A stretch of 64,000 nucleotides of DNA from Marsupella aquatica (GCA_973895155.1 OZ316897.1:6275327-6339326); one strand, 5' to 3'. Positions 52,021 to 63,330 are shown, counted from the stretch's first letter. Translations and numbers: made by a program. Notes: generated by a model from the letters alone, not told the origin.

Positions 52021-53395
52021 AGAGCGCATAGGGTGAACTGCGGCTAGGCGTGAGTGCACACAGTGAGCCAATAGAGCTTGGTTGGGTGCGCCTAAGTTAT
52101 GATGTTGCAGGTACGTACTTTAATCTGGTGGAGTTTTCTATTTCTCTCTCTTGGTTCTTTTGAACTGCTAGTGTTGTCCCGGTGTTGTCATGTTCATCGT
52201 TCTCCATTTGCACTCGTGAAGGTAAGGACAGGGCTCATTCGTCTGCATGTCTTTGAACTTTAGTTGCTACGAATGCACCCCACTTTGCTTCCTTGTCATT
52301 TGAAAGATCTGTCACCTTCTTTGCAAAGAACCTCTCTTACCTTGCATCTCATCGTTGCTTTGATCAAATTAGAAGGCTGTCTACTACCATGCATCTCATT
52401 GTTGCCACCAGACTGAAGATCCTCTATTACCACGTAGCTTCATTGATGATTTAAAAAACTCTAATGCAATCTGTACATATACCATGGCAGTATGTAAAAC
52501 ATGAATAGAAAATCATGCAATATGAAATCTGGAGAGCAAAGAAGAGGAATATCATCCTAACTGTGTAGGCTATCAGTACACAGACCTTAATAATCTCTTC
52601 CAGAAGGTCCTTGATGTGCATAATGTGGACTTGTTCTATGATTAATTGGGTTACAAAGGTGAAATCTGCCCCCTTCCCAGTGAGGCATTCGCAGTGCCCT
52701 TGATTAGCAGCAGCTGCCTTGGCTTTGTCACTTCAGTTTGAAGACAGAAGCAGATCATTTAACACTTCACCATAATGCCAAATAATTACAGTAGACAGGC
52801 CTGAAGTATTATCGGACAAAACATTTTAACTCACAAATAAATATGCACAAAGGGTAATTAAACCTCAGATGTCTCCCATTCTTGCTCAGATTAGAAACCC
52901 TGGAGTTCCATAGGCTGTCGAAGTCACTTGAGGCTCTCACATCCATTTGGCACTGTGTTCTACAGCTTGTCAAACAAAAAGAGGAAAGTGCAGCTTGTTC
53001 AGCCTGATCTGTTTAAAGTCTATAATCTAGAACCAATTGTGACGCCGCCGGTACGGCGGTTAATGAGTGATTCAGTCTAACTGCGCTCGGCACGCGCATT
53101 AGGTGGGTCTTAGGCCGCTATTATTAGCATAACGACAGTATTTAGGTAATCATTAGGGGTAGGACATCATTAGGCAATAAGGGGGACTTCAGGTTCGGGC
53201 TGGCGGCGGGTCGCTATTCGCACACCCGGGTTACGAGCGTGGAGGGGCCCCTCCCTCGGGTCCGTATAACGAACTTAAGGAAGCGGCCACTGACGCACGC
53301 TGACTCAGACCGGCGGAGTGGCCGGTACACCACAAGCGTGAGCGGTTCAACCTATGGGCGTCGAGGAGACGTCGGGGATCGACAAGCCCTCAAAG

Positions 53396-53402
53396 TATAA
53401 AA
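53396..53402 (+). promoter_or_regulatory. TATA box of the LTR promoter
   Basis: TATAAAA followed by a pyrimidine-rich leader ~100 bp before ATG 53504; positionally conserved in the 31278 copy. Confidence 0.65.
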
Positions 53403-53503
53403 GGGGAGCCAACCCTTTGTAGTGCACCAGTCCATCAGTCCGCGCGCCAGCTTCGACCCCAGCTCTCTCGTTCTCTCTAGGTCGCCACTACTATCTCCTC
53501 TGA

Positions 53504-56145
53504 ATGTCGCACACGATCCTCTCCAGCTCGGCCATTCGATTCTGGACGCAGTTCCTATCTACCGGAAGGCACTTGGCCGATTCATTGAAACACGCCAACC
53601 CGCGCCGATACGAGATCGAACGCGAATACGAGAGAGCCATCCACCTAGCAGGACGACACCACTACGTCCTTAACTTTGACTACCCGTCTCAGAGCGAGCT
53701 TTACCGACCAGCTGAGGTATCTGGGTACTTCTTCAACGGAGACAAATATATCGGGTTCTGGGAAGCATTGCTTCGGCTTCCGGACGAGGTTTTCAATATC
53801 CCGGGTACAATCGACCTGCAGCGACATCACTTCGACCACATCCCTGCCCAGGTTCGGGCTGTCATTAACGGCGAGTCCAGTACCAACCGTTCGACAAGGG
53901 CGTCCACACTCGCTTCGGAGAACTTCTACCAGCACCTACAGAGCTTCATGGGAACTCGGCCATCAACCAACATGACCAACTCAGCCGGACCCGTACCCGT
54001 ACCCGTACCCGTGCCCATGCAACCTCAGCTTCAGCTTCAGCCTCAGCCGCGGCCTAGCCAAACCCCACCACCTATCACCCAGCCAGCACAGGTACGCTCC
54101 ATCATCAACGCTGTGGATCTTAGCGATGACGACGAGGCTACCCCACCCTTGACCAGGCGGCCCAGAGGAACAAGCGCTCGGGGGGCCGACACTATATCGT
54201 CCCCACCCCCTGCTCTGACCCCAGGAGCGGCCCCAACAGACAACATGGTGACCGTGGCCGCCCCGGGCCCGTTACCAACCGCAGTGGCACTCCCCAGGCC
54301 CGATCGGGAGGATGGGGAAGTATCACCTTCCCCGAGTCAGTCACGGGGAAAGAAGAGGAAGGAATCCGCCAGTGCATCCGGGTTACCGTTGGCCACGGTA
54401 GCCGTAGCCAAGGTAACGATGCATCGCATGGGGGAAAACGTTCACAGCAACATCCTCCATCCCAAGCATGCGGTGTACCTGAAGACTCAGGGATTTGAGC
54501 ACCTCGCCTCTCTCCCCTGGAACACTTGTAGGTACTACGGGGAGGACATGACAGAATTCGTCAAGAATTATGACGACGTACGTCAACAGACTCGGCTGCG
54601 GGGAAGGAATATGTCCCTCACAGAAGAACGGCTCAAGATGATCTTCGGGTTACCCGAAGGTGACCATCGAGTCGAATCACGGGCTCCCGGGGGCAAGGGG
54701 GCCAAGTACCAATCTTCAAGTTTTCCCTCAGAGGGATCAGTGGACAACGGGTTCGTGATGAGGACCTGCCTCATGCCCGAGATAGCTGAGCGGCTGGAGT
54801 TCCAAAGGTACGCTCTCCACATGATGGAACCCCGGGGGGAGATCTCCGCCGCCCAGGTCATCCAGGTCGAGAACTATCGACCTAGGAAATGGGCGTCGTA
54901 CTTCGCTAAGAAATTCCATGAAGAGATGGAGCGGCGAAGGAAGACGCTGTACATTGGCGGGAAAGCGTATTTCGCTAGCCACATCGAAATCATTCTTGAG
55001 TGGTACGCCCGGTTTGATCGACGAACCCTTCCCCGCATCAACGTTACAAAGCTGGTCCCAGCTAGGTGGGTTTTTCCGGCATTGGAGAGACGGCCCCAAC
55101 TCGAGGCCTGAAGTCCAGTGGACACGCCAGCTTCACCCACCCCACCTCCACAAATAGCTGTAATCGTAACCGAGGAGGCGCCGGAGGGGTCGGTCGTCGC
55201 AACCGTTGATGCGACCCAACTAGCCGGGCTAAGTACAGAAGTTGGTACGGCAGAGGTCTTACCCGAACCCGGGTCTCCCAAGGACCCGCCGGTGGCAATT
55301 CCGGAGAACCGGACATCGCTGCAGGAGGACACTCCAGCCCCTTCCAACGTTATGTCCCCAGGGCTGGACGTCACTGCCCCGGCCCCTGCGCGTGTTGATG
55401 TCTGCCCGTGCCCAAATCCGGACAGGCACAACTTGGACCACCCGGAACTCTTCGTACAGGGTACGTTTCTGAACGGGCTTCTGGGAGATTTCTCTCATCA
55501 AATTGCCCGGGATACCGGGGAGTTCGTGGCCCGGAAGGTAGCCTGTTTCTTCAATCAGGAGTTGGTTGCCGCCGTAAAGGCAGGTCGGGCCCAGTCGGAG
55601 GCCCTTCAGAGGATAGAGCGGTACCGGGTGGAGTCCGTGTACCTAAAGAACGAAGTGGCGGCTCAAGAGGCTGAGCTTCTGCAACTACGACCCAAGGTTG
55701 CAGCCGCCGATGAGTTGTTAGCAAAGGCGTACGCTCTTACCGCCCTAGCGAACAGGCCAAAGCTGGGAACGAGGCCGAGATTACACGACTCCGGAACCAG
55801 ATTGACAGTTTGAAGAAACAAGTTGTCACCTGGCAGAAAGACCTGGAGGAGGCCGAGGAGCGAGCCCAGCGGGACGCGACGGAGATAGCCACGCTGCAAG
55901 CCGAGATGGCGCGGCTCCAAACCGAGGCCGAGAAGCAGGACCAACTGGCGAGTAAACTGACGAGCGACGCCCAGCAGCTGGAGGAGGCATGTTAGGAGGC
56001 AGCAGAGGAGATGGACGCGGCGAGGCGAGAGAACGAATCTCTGCTGGACCAGGTCCAGCTCCTCAAAGCGGACAATGACAGGCTTCGAAGGCAGCGGGAT
56101 GGCCGTTCCCATTCAGGCGGCTCTGGCAAGCGTGCCAGGCATTAG
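53504..56145 (+). pseudogene. LTR-encoded protein, ancestrally ~880 aa: N-domain, Pro-rich linker, plant-transposon (PMD/Athila-ORF-like) domain, coiled coil
   Basis: 53504-55111 and 55118-55813 are the same frame separated by one TGA. A 1-nt shift near 55748 joins the coiled-coil frame (EQAKAGNEAEITRLRNQIDSLKKQ...), which has one TAG (55993) and ends at 56145. YLKTQGFEHL...EFVKNY...LRGRNMSLTEERLKMIFGLP resembles plant retroelement extra-ORF domains. Confidence 0.75.
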
Positions 56146-57672
56146 CGGCGGAGTAGGAATAGATTAGGATTAGGATTGGCTTAGTCAGGCTCTTGGGACA
56201 GGCACCTGCCTTAGGTACAGCAGCGCTGCCCTGCTGTCCAGCCTGCGTAGATTAGGATCTTCTAATAATACACAGCCGTTTTCCGGCCTGACTGTCAGCT
56301 TAGTTAGGACCTTGGTCAGCGGATCTTCGGCGGGAGGACGCCCCGTTCCTCGGCTCTTAGTATTTAGTGCACCCCTCGGTAGAGGCAAGGGGGGGTTTTT
56401 AGTTTCAGAGTCGGACATCCGCGGGACATGCGGGGAGTCCCGACCTCTGGGAATGACAGAGTACCAAGGGGAGGGGGTAGGACTAAGCTCGCCGGGCGAG
56501 TGCGGAGCCAGGCTCTGTTGTAGTGTGCACCCTTGGCCTTGAACCTGTGCATTCCAGGGCTGTCGTGTCAACTAAGTGTACGCATATGTTCCCTTTGTAG
56601 TAAAATCCTTTCCCATCATTTTTCCTTCGTGTAAATCGAGATTGTATGCATGTGTGCGCATATGTGTGTGGGTTTCTCGTATATGGGTGGCAGCGCCGAG
56701 CCGAACGCACTACCCGAGACGTGCACAGGGTGCAGCCTGCGGGTAAGTGGTTGCGAGCACGGGTTGAGGACCTGTATCATCGAATCTGGATCGAAGGCAG
56801 ACAGCACGAAGGCTTAGAAGCCCTTAAGCCGGGGTCGATCCTGCTATCGACTAAGGTACGTTCCGGCGGCGGAACACAAACCATACCTAGGAGGTGTCCG
56901 TATTTAGCAGTATGCGTACTTAGCGCTAGTTTACGAGAATAAGGTGCATTACGTGCTTCCCTTCCTGCCCGAACCCTCAGATTTACGAGGGATGTGCCCG
57001 TCTAAGCTGAAGTCTGAGTTAAGGCCGAAGCCTACGACGTGACACCAATAGTTGCCAACTGAGGTATCTTAAGTTCTGGCTCAGACAACTTGAATGGCTA
57101 GTTTTGTTTCATGGTTAACTTATATCCATATTTCCATGCTTGACTGCAATTATGTGTTGTATGTACAAGTTTGCTACTGTGCCTTCTTATTCTCCTTCTT
57201 CCTCTAGTGTATTTGGTCTTATTGAATGTTTTATTGTAGATCTTCATGTCCCAGTCGTCCTTTCTCTATTCAGTCTCCTCCAAGGAATCAACTTCCAACA
57301 GGAATGCACTTGGCTTGAGTTTATTTCCTTGAGCTCAGACAACCAGCTTTTTCAGCTATTAATATGCTAGACTCGACTCTTCTTGCAGGATGAATTTGTT
57401 TAGGGTGTAGTGGAAGCATCTCAGAAGCTTCAGCAATATACAGTCAAGGTTCACGTTCAAAAATTGTGGAAGGAGCAGACCTCAATCAACTATCACCACT
57501 TGCTGCATCTCGAGTTCCATCAGAGATTAAAGGTATGCTTATGTTAAAGATGCTGTCAATAACTATGAATCTGCTGTTCAATGTAGAATGGATGTTGAGG
57601 GGATGCAAAATGGATGCTGAGTGAATGCATCTGTACGTTGTGCAGAGGTAAATCACTATCCGACAAGTCAGG

Positions 57673-58338
57673 ATGGCTTCTAATGTGCCAAGGATTGACA
57701 TATTTTCCCATAAGGAGCACCACCGCATGGATCCCCCTTGCTGTTTCTTTTGTGATGAGACGGATGATGTGGTCTTTTGTGATGGGCCTTGTAGTAGACA
57801 TTTTCACTTTGTTGGTGGAAAAGGTATGCAGGGACCTGCTTGCACTCCTGTAACACTGCCTAAAAACAATGATTGGAGGGCACCATGGGTTTGTGAATTG
57901 TGTGCTGCCAACAGAGCTAGATGCTTTGCTTGTGGACTCATTGGCAGATTTGAACATCCCACAACACAAGAATCTCTTGTGCTCCATTGTGCCCATCCTG
58001 ATTGCTTTTCTCATTACCATCCTGGCTGCCTTAGGGTGCTACTTGTGGTTGGGGCACTGCCTCAGAGGTCTCATCCAGCAAGTCCAAACAGCCTAATGTG
58101 CCCAAGGCATTTTTGTGAGTACTGTAAAGTGTACAAGGATGGTATAAAAGACTTTGTACAGTGTCGGAGGTGCCCTCGCAGTTGGTGTCATGATGAGACA
58201 CCTGGGGGGGTGAAGCACCTCAAGAGGTGTGTGAAGGGCAGGGACCATTGGGATGTGGAAGGGTGGCGTTTTATTTATTGTCATAGGCATGCAATACCTG
58301 AGGGGGAAGTGGTTCCTGTGCAGCCTCATACCTCTTAG
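57673..58338 (+). CDS. Stand-alone EDM2/NSD-type composite PHD-finger protein, 221 aa, transposon cargo
   Basis: Intact ORF: CFFCD..VFCDGPCSRHFH..C..WVCELC..RCFACG..HCAHPDCFSHYHPGCL..CPRHFCEYC..VQCRRCPRSW..W..FIYCHRHAI....P...H, collinear with the EDM2 PHD region including its LIYCxxHxI...PxxxH tail as I recall it. Confidence 0.85.
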   Translation: MASNVPRIDIFSHKEHHRMDPPCCFFCDETDDVVFCDGPCSRHFHFVGGKGMQGPACTPVTLPKNNDWRAPWVCELCAANRARCFACGLIGRFEHPTTQESLVLHCAHPDCFSHYHPGCLRVLLVVGALPQRSHPASPNSLMCPRHFCEYCKVYKDGIKDFVQCRRCPRSWCHDETPGGVKHLKRCVKGRDHWDVEGWRFIYCHRHAIPEGEVVPVQPHTS

Positions 58339-58618
58339 AGGCTATGAGATATGTTGGTAGAATTGCTTTGGTAAAGGCCTGGTACAAATCAAGCGAACTT
58401 ATTCATTGGACTAATCACATGTGAACAATGATAGCAAGATTTGTTGTTCTTGCCTGGTCTTCAAATTTGGATACCAAAACCTTTTTTGAACTATTTTGGA
58501 GTAATCTCTAATACTATTTGTATTGTTTTGTTCACTGTGCTATATGGCAGGTTCCTTATGTGACTGTGAAAATCGTATATAGAACCCTTGATGCTTTAAC
58601 CTGAACAAATTGATTGAA

Positions 58619-61600
58619 ATGGCTTCCCAATTTGTAAAGCTACTTCACAAGAAAATGGATGTGGTGACTGATGGGAAAGATGAAGAACCTATAGCTGTGT
58701 TGGCCTTCAAAGAAGGACAAACTTTGGCTGATTTCCGAAACCGAATTCCTGATTGGTTGATTTTGATTTTGATTTCTGGGATTATAGGCTTCCTGGTCGA
58801 ATGAAGGTCAAGAGTGAGAAAATGACTGAGCTGTCTGAATTGGATGGAAAAGTTGCTGTCATTGAACAAATTGGATCCTTGCCTACTAGCAGGGCAGAGT
58901 TTCCATCAGTTTCTGCTGCTGTCACCCAATCGGTTGCAGTGGATTCTTCACAGGGTGAACAATTGCAAGAAATTCCCCCTGTGAGAGCTTCTTTTGAGTC
59001 TCTTTTGATGTCTAAGGCAGCTGTCAAAGTTTGGAATGATGAATTTATAAGACTAGAAAAGTGGATTCACAAGAATGGTTATAAAAATCATAATTGGAGG
59101 ATTCGAACATGGGATGAAGGACAGGATGTGAGAGGCCATCTAGAGTGTCTTGAGTGCAGAGTGGTCTATGGGAGAGCAGACAATTCCCAAGATAGGAAGT
59201 CAATTGCTAATCTATTTAGCAATTTTAAGACCAAGCACCTTGCCTTTGCTAAACACAAAGACAATTACTGCAGGAGAAGGGGTATTGCTATGATTGGGGT
59301 GAAGCCCTCAGATCTTGCACAGAAGCCTGAGTTTGATTATGAGGGGGCTATAGCAACTGGCCTAGAGATAGTAAAGAATCTGAATGTTGAGTGTGGAGGT
59401 GATGATGAGCTATTTCATGTGCCCCCTGTGCCTGGATTAGCCAATAATGCAAACAAGTGGTTCCTTTATAAGGTTCGTTGTAAAATCTGTGGGACAATCA
59501 TGGATTTGGTTTGTAAGAAAGGGACTTTGGATCACAACCTGAGAACCCACTTGGTCAGTCGGGGTCACTTGGATGTAGTTGAAGCCAGAGAAAATACTGC
59601 TGAACTTGCATTGAGATCTGGAAAGAGGGGCAGACCAAGGAAGCCAGATGAGAGGGATCAACATCCTTCACAAAATTCAATTTTAAAATTCTTCAAGGAG
59701 GATGCTTCCAATGCAAGCAGCAGCTCTGGTACAGGTGGGTCTATAGGCATTGATGTGGGCTTAAGTTTGCTCTGTTGGGGAATATGGGATGAATGTGTAG
59801 AGTGGAAGAATGTGAAGTATGTTGTGAAGGGTATCTTGCATGATCAGCGTGGTGGACATGTATGGGATTTAGATGCTGCAGTCTCTATTGATGTCTACAA
59901 TCCTAGCACAAGTTCTATTGTACATATAAAAGGACTATTTAGGCATAGAGATTGCTCTAGGCTGTCCTTGTATGGTGGGGGATTTCTGAACCTAACTTGC
60001 AGTAGATGTCATGCTATAACACTAGAAGATGACTTTCGTGGGCGGGTGCACAGGGAAGCGGAGGCTTTAGCAAAGAGAGGGGAAAGAAGCACAGAGGGTG
60101 GTTTGAATGCACGTTATTTGACACGTCCAGAGTTGACCACACAGCTGCATGGTTTGAATGTTAAGAGAAGAAAGGAGAGATGGTTGTTGGCACTACAGAC
60201 TCAGAAAGTGTGTGCCCTTAGTACTAGGAAGAGAAAATTGCAGGAACTGTTAGGAGTAGCTGCAGACAGAAAAGATTTGAGACTTTTTCTAAGGAGTATT
60301 GTCAATGGTCATAGGAATGGTGCATTTGGTGGAAAAGAAGGTCTGTGGGATTTCTTGAAGGATGTAGGTAGAAATTTGGAGAGAAGTGCAAGGGGGTTTC
60401 GCTACAGTAAGAAAACAAAAGCCATAGCTCAAGCTATGTTTCAATATGGGGGCCGGCAGGTGGCCCATGTTTTTGCAAGGAACTTAGCTGGGCCAAGCCT
60501 GAAGACACTAAAACGAGATAGAGCAAAATTTGTTCAATTTCGTGTTGGAATCAGGCCAGAAACATTCAAAGAGGTGGCTAGAATTTTGTTTGCTGCAAAG
60601 GAGATGTTGGGAATTCAAGGGGATGTACCTGTCATGCTTGCAGAGGATGAAACCAGGATCAAGGAAAGCCCAAGGTATGTTTGCATATTATAGCACATAA
60701 TGATGCAATTGGAGTTGAAGACTATTTGTGAGACATATAGTTCTATGAACTCTTTGGAACTGACTTCATTAACATTGGGCTCTCTGCAGGTGGGAGGCCA
60801 AATATGACACTCTGATTGGCTTCTGTGGCCATAAGGATGGGCACACTTGTGAATTTGGATTAGAAATTCTTGTAGGTGACGGTGAGGATGGCTATAACAA
60901 GATTGTAAACACATTTCAGGATTTTAACAAGGGCATGTATGCTAGAGTTGTCATTGTGAATCCATTGCATGTTGGAATGCCAAAGTTGGCCCTTTGTGCT
61001 ATATCAACCTGTAACAAATTCAAGGCAGAATGGGTACGAGAGCATTGGGTGCAATTGAAGGAATCTTGGGATGTGCACTGTAGAGACTGTGTAGGTCCTT
61101 TGCTTGGGCATGCTAGTGATGGTGATGCAAGACGCAGGAAATTGATGTTAGAAGACTACAGAGGAGCAAATGGCTCTTACCCTAGATTTTCTGTAGGGTG
61201 GGAAGGATGGCCTTACTCAGTTGCCATATTGCCTAATGGGGACCTCTATGGTTTTGGTGATCAAGACCAACCTCACAATGGGAAAAAGTTGATTAACCCA
61301 CTAGATCGAGTGTCCTCAATAATGGCACTTGGAGACCAACATGCTTCTCTGTTTCATGTTTGTAATGTGTATAATCATTACCCAATTCATCAACATGGAT
61401 TGAATTGGGATGATGTGAACAGATCTGACCGTCAGAATTGGGCTGGTCCTCAAAGGATAGCATCAGACAAGGTGCGTGAATGTTTAACAGATCTACATGC
61501 AAGAACTGATATGTTGTATGAACGAAGCTTGGGGACAGAGTTGTATCTGCAGATCTGTGCAGATTATATTGACATTTTCTACTCCCAGAGACATGATCTA

Positions 61601-63193
61601 AGGACTAGAGTGAAATTGGCAGGGAAAGTTTCTTGGTTCTTTCGATTGTGGAGGTTGTGGTTAAGGTATGGTGATCATGCTGTAGGTGGAGATGTTGCTT
61701 CACATACAGAGAAAAATATGATTTCAATCCAAGCTTTTCATGATGTTAATATGTCTTGCCAGTTCATTGTGTTGCTTATATGTGCATTTCGTGATAAATT
61801 TTCTCACTTGTGTATTCCATTTCATGAGTTGGGTTCTGATTGTTGTGAGATCTTTTTCAGCAAGGTAGGTGGAATGAGTGGCCATGAGAGGAATTATGAT
61901 TTTGGCTCTTTGTTGGATAGTGCTGTTGGGTTGAATCGTCTTGCTGGATTAGAATGTGGACCAGAGGGCTTGAAAGTAGCTCGATCACATAAGAAGCAAG
62001 ATCATGTGTGGGCCAAGCTTCATCCTTTACTTGAAGGTGAAGATGCACCTAATCTTTTTTATTACTCTGAAGTGCAAACTAATGAGTTGGTGGTTGCAGC
62101 CTTGAAAGAAGGATTTGAAGAAGCAAAAGAGCTCCTTAGAAGGTTGCAAATGTCTCCCCGAAGTGATCTGCCAGCATCAAGAAAGCGGTGGTGGACTCAC
62201 CCTTGGCATGTGGAAGTTGAAACATGGCCAGATTCAGCTGTCATAGCAGAGGCAGTTATTGTTGACGATTCTGAAGACCATGTAGAGCATAGATCTCCAA
62301 TTGGACCTCGTCCAGAAGGAGAGTTTCATGAATTTGAAGACCCTGAGGAAGATCTAAATCGAATTGATGCATGGTTGACAGATGAGCTAACCATTCCTGA
62401 TGATGTTTTGCAGGATGGGGCTGAGTTAGATGTACCAGAATCTCATTCTGTAGAGGTAGATACTTTGGGGCATGAGGTTCGTCATGTGTTGTCATCTGTT
62501 GTGGCTGATCTTACAGAGTCTATTCAAAGCCCTCTACAGGAAAAGAGGAAGGTGTTGCCTACAGTTACCTATGAAGGCAGAACAATTTACAAATCTACTT
62601 TGGTGAGTCAACTAGTGGGCAACCCTCATTTGTCCAAGGATAGGCTCACAAGGGTGAAACAAGTGGCATATTATAACCTTGGTAAGAGGAAACAATGTGA
62701 TCCAAATACTGTGACCTGTTTTGTTGATGTTGGGAGTGATTGTGGAGTAGCATTTGAATGTGCTAATGCTGCAGGCCCTTCTACAAGATCAAAGAAGGGG
62801 AAAGGTAAGGGAAGAGGTAAAGCTAGGACTCAGGAACCAGAAGTTCAAGCCAAGAAAGAATTTTGGCTTGGTCGGATTATGATGATGAGACAGAAAGTTA
62901 AGGGACAATGGACTAGAGTGAGATCTGCTATTGATTTGCTTGACAGGCCTACACCTCCTCATGGACACATAGGGAGTATTTGTCAGTTTTTATTTAATTG
63001 GTATAAGCCAACAAGCTCAAGCAAGGTTGAATTCACTTATGATACGACTGATTTACAATGGATTGATATAGAAATGGTGATGACTAATGTTACTCTGACC
63101 ATGAAACAAGGGATTGGCTTAGTGTATGTGTTAGATCGTGTTGACAAACAAGCTTTGGATACTTATCTAGAGACCATGTCTAGAGTTGAATGA
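58619..63193 (+). CDS. P-element/THAP9-superfamily DDE transposase, ~1490 aa, one intron, one 1-nt frameshift near 58752
   Basis: Intron 60675-60789 (AG|GTATGT...TGCAG|G) joins the two long ORFs in frame. P-type motifs: RYS...GPSLKTLKR; LAEDET (D1); ASDGD (D2); DQPHNGKKLIN (DxxH); DRQNW insertion region; GSDCCEIFFSKV (E). Confidence 0.85.
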
Positions 63194-63269
63194 TGTGCCT
63201 GTACGTATCCATAGTCATGGTAGTGGTTTAAGTAGGTATAGGGGATAGGTTAGGGGAATAGGTTAGGGG

Positions 63270-63330
63270 GTGGTAGATTTGGATACTTGAGCTTCTTGCT
63301 CAATCAGGGGTTCAATTCCCCTCTGCCACA
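63270..63330 (+). ncRNA. D-armless tRNA-like structure downstream of the transposase stop
   Basis: Acceptor stem GTGGTAG/CTGCCAC+A; stem-loop TTGAG-CTTCTTG-CTCAA; T-arm AGGGG-TTCAATT-CCCCT. No D-arm. Confidence 0.4.

Larger units (their letters stand above)
53038..57044 (+). mobile_element. 4007-bp solo LTR (Gypsy-like termini) carrying a protein-coding gene
   Basis: TGTGACG...CGTGACA termini; 5-bp TSD CCAAT (53033-53037, 57045-57049); no internal LTR repeat, PBS, gag or pol seen; GC/CpG-rich relative to the flanks. Confidence 0.88.

Noticed and set aside
55109-55111. Programmed readthrough of the in-frame TGA
   Set aside because: A second stop and a frameshift in the same gene indicate decay; CGA-to-TGA deamination is the simpler explanation.
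53645-56112. Several long minus-strand and alternate-frame ORFs within the LTR gene
   Set aside because: Expected shadow ORFs of GC-rich coding sequence; no motifs.
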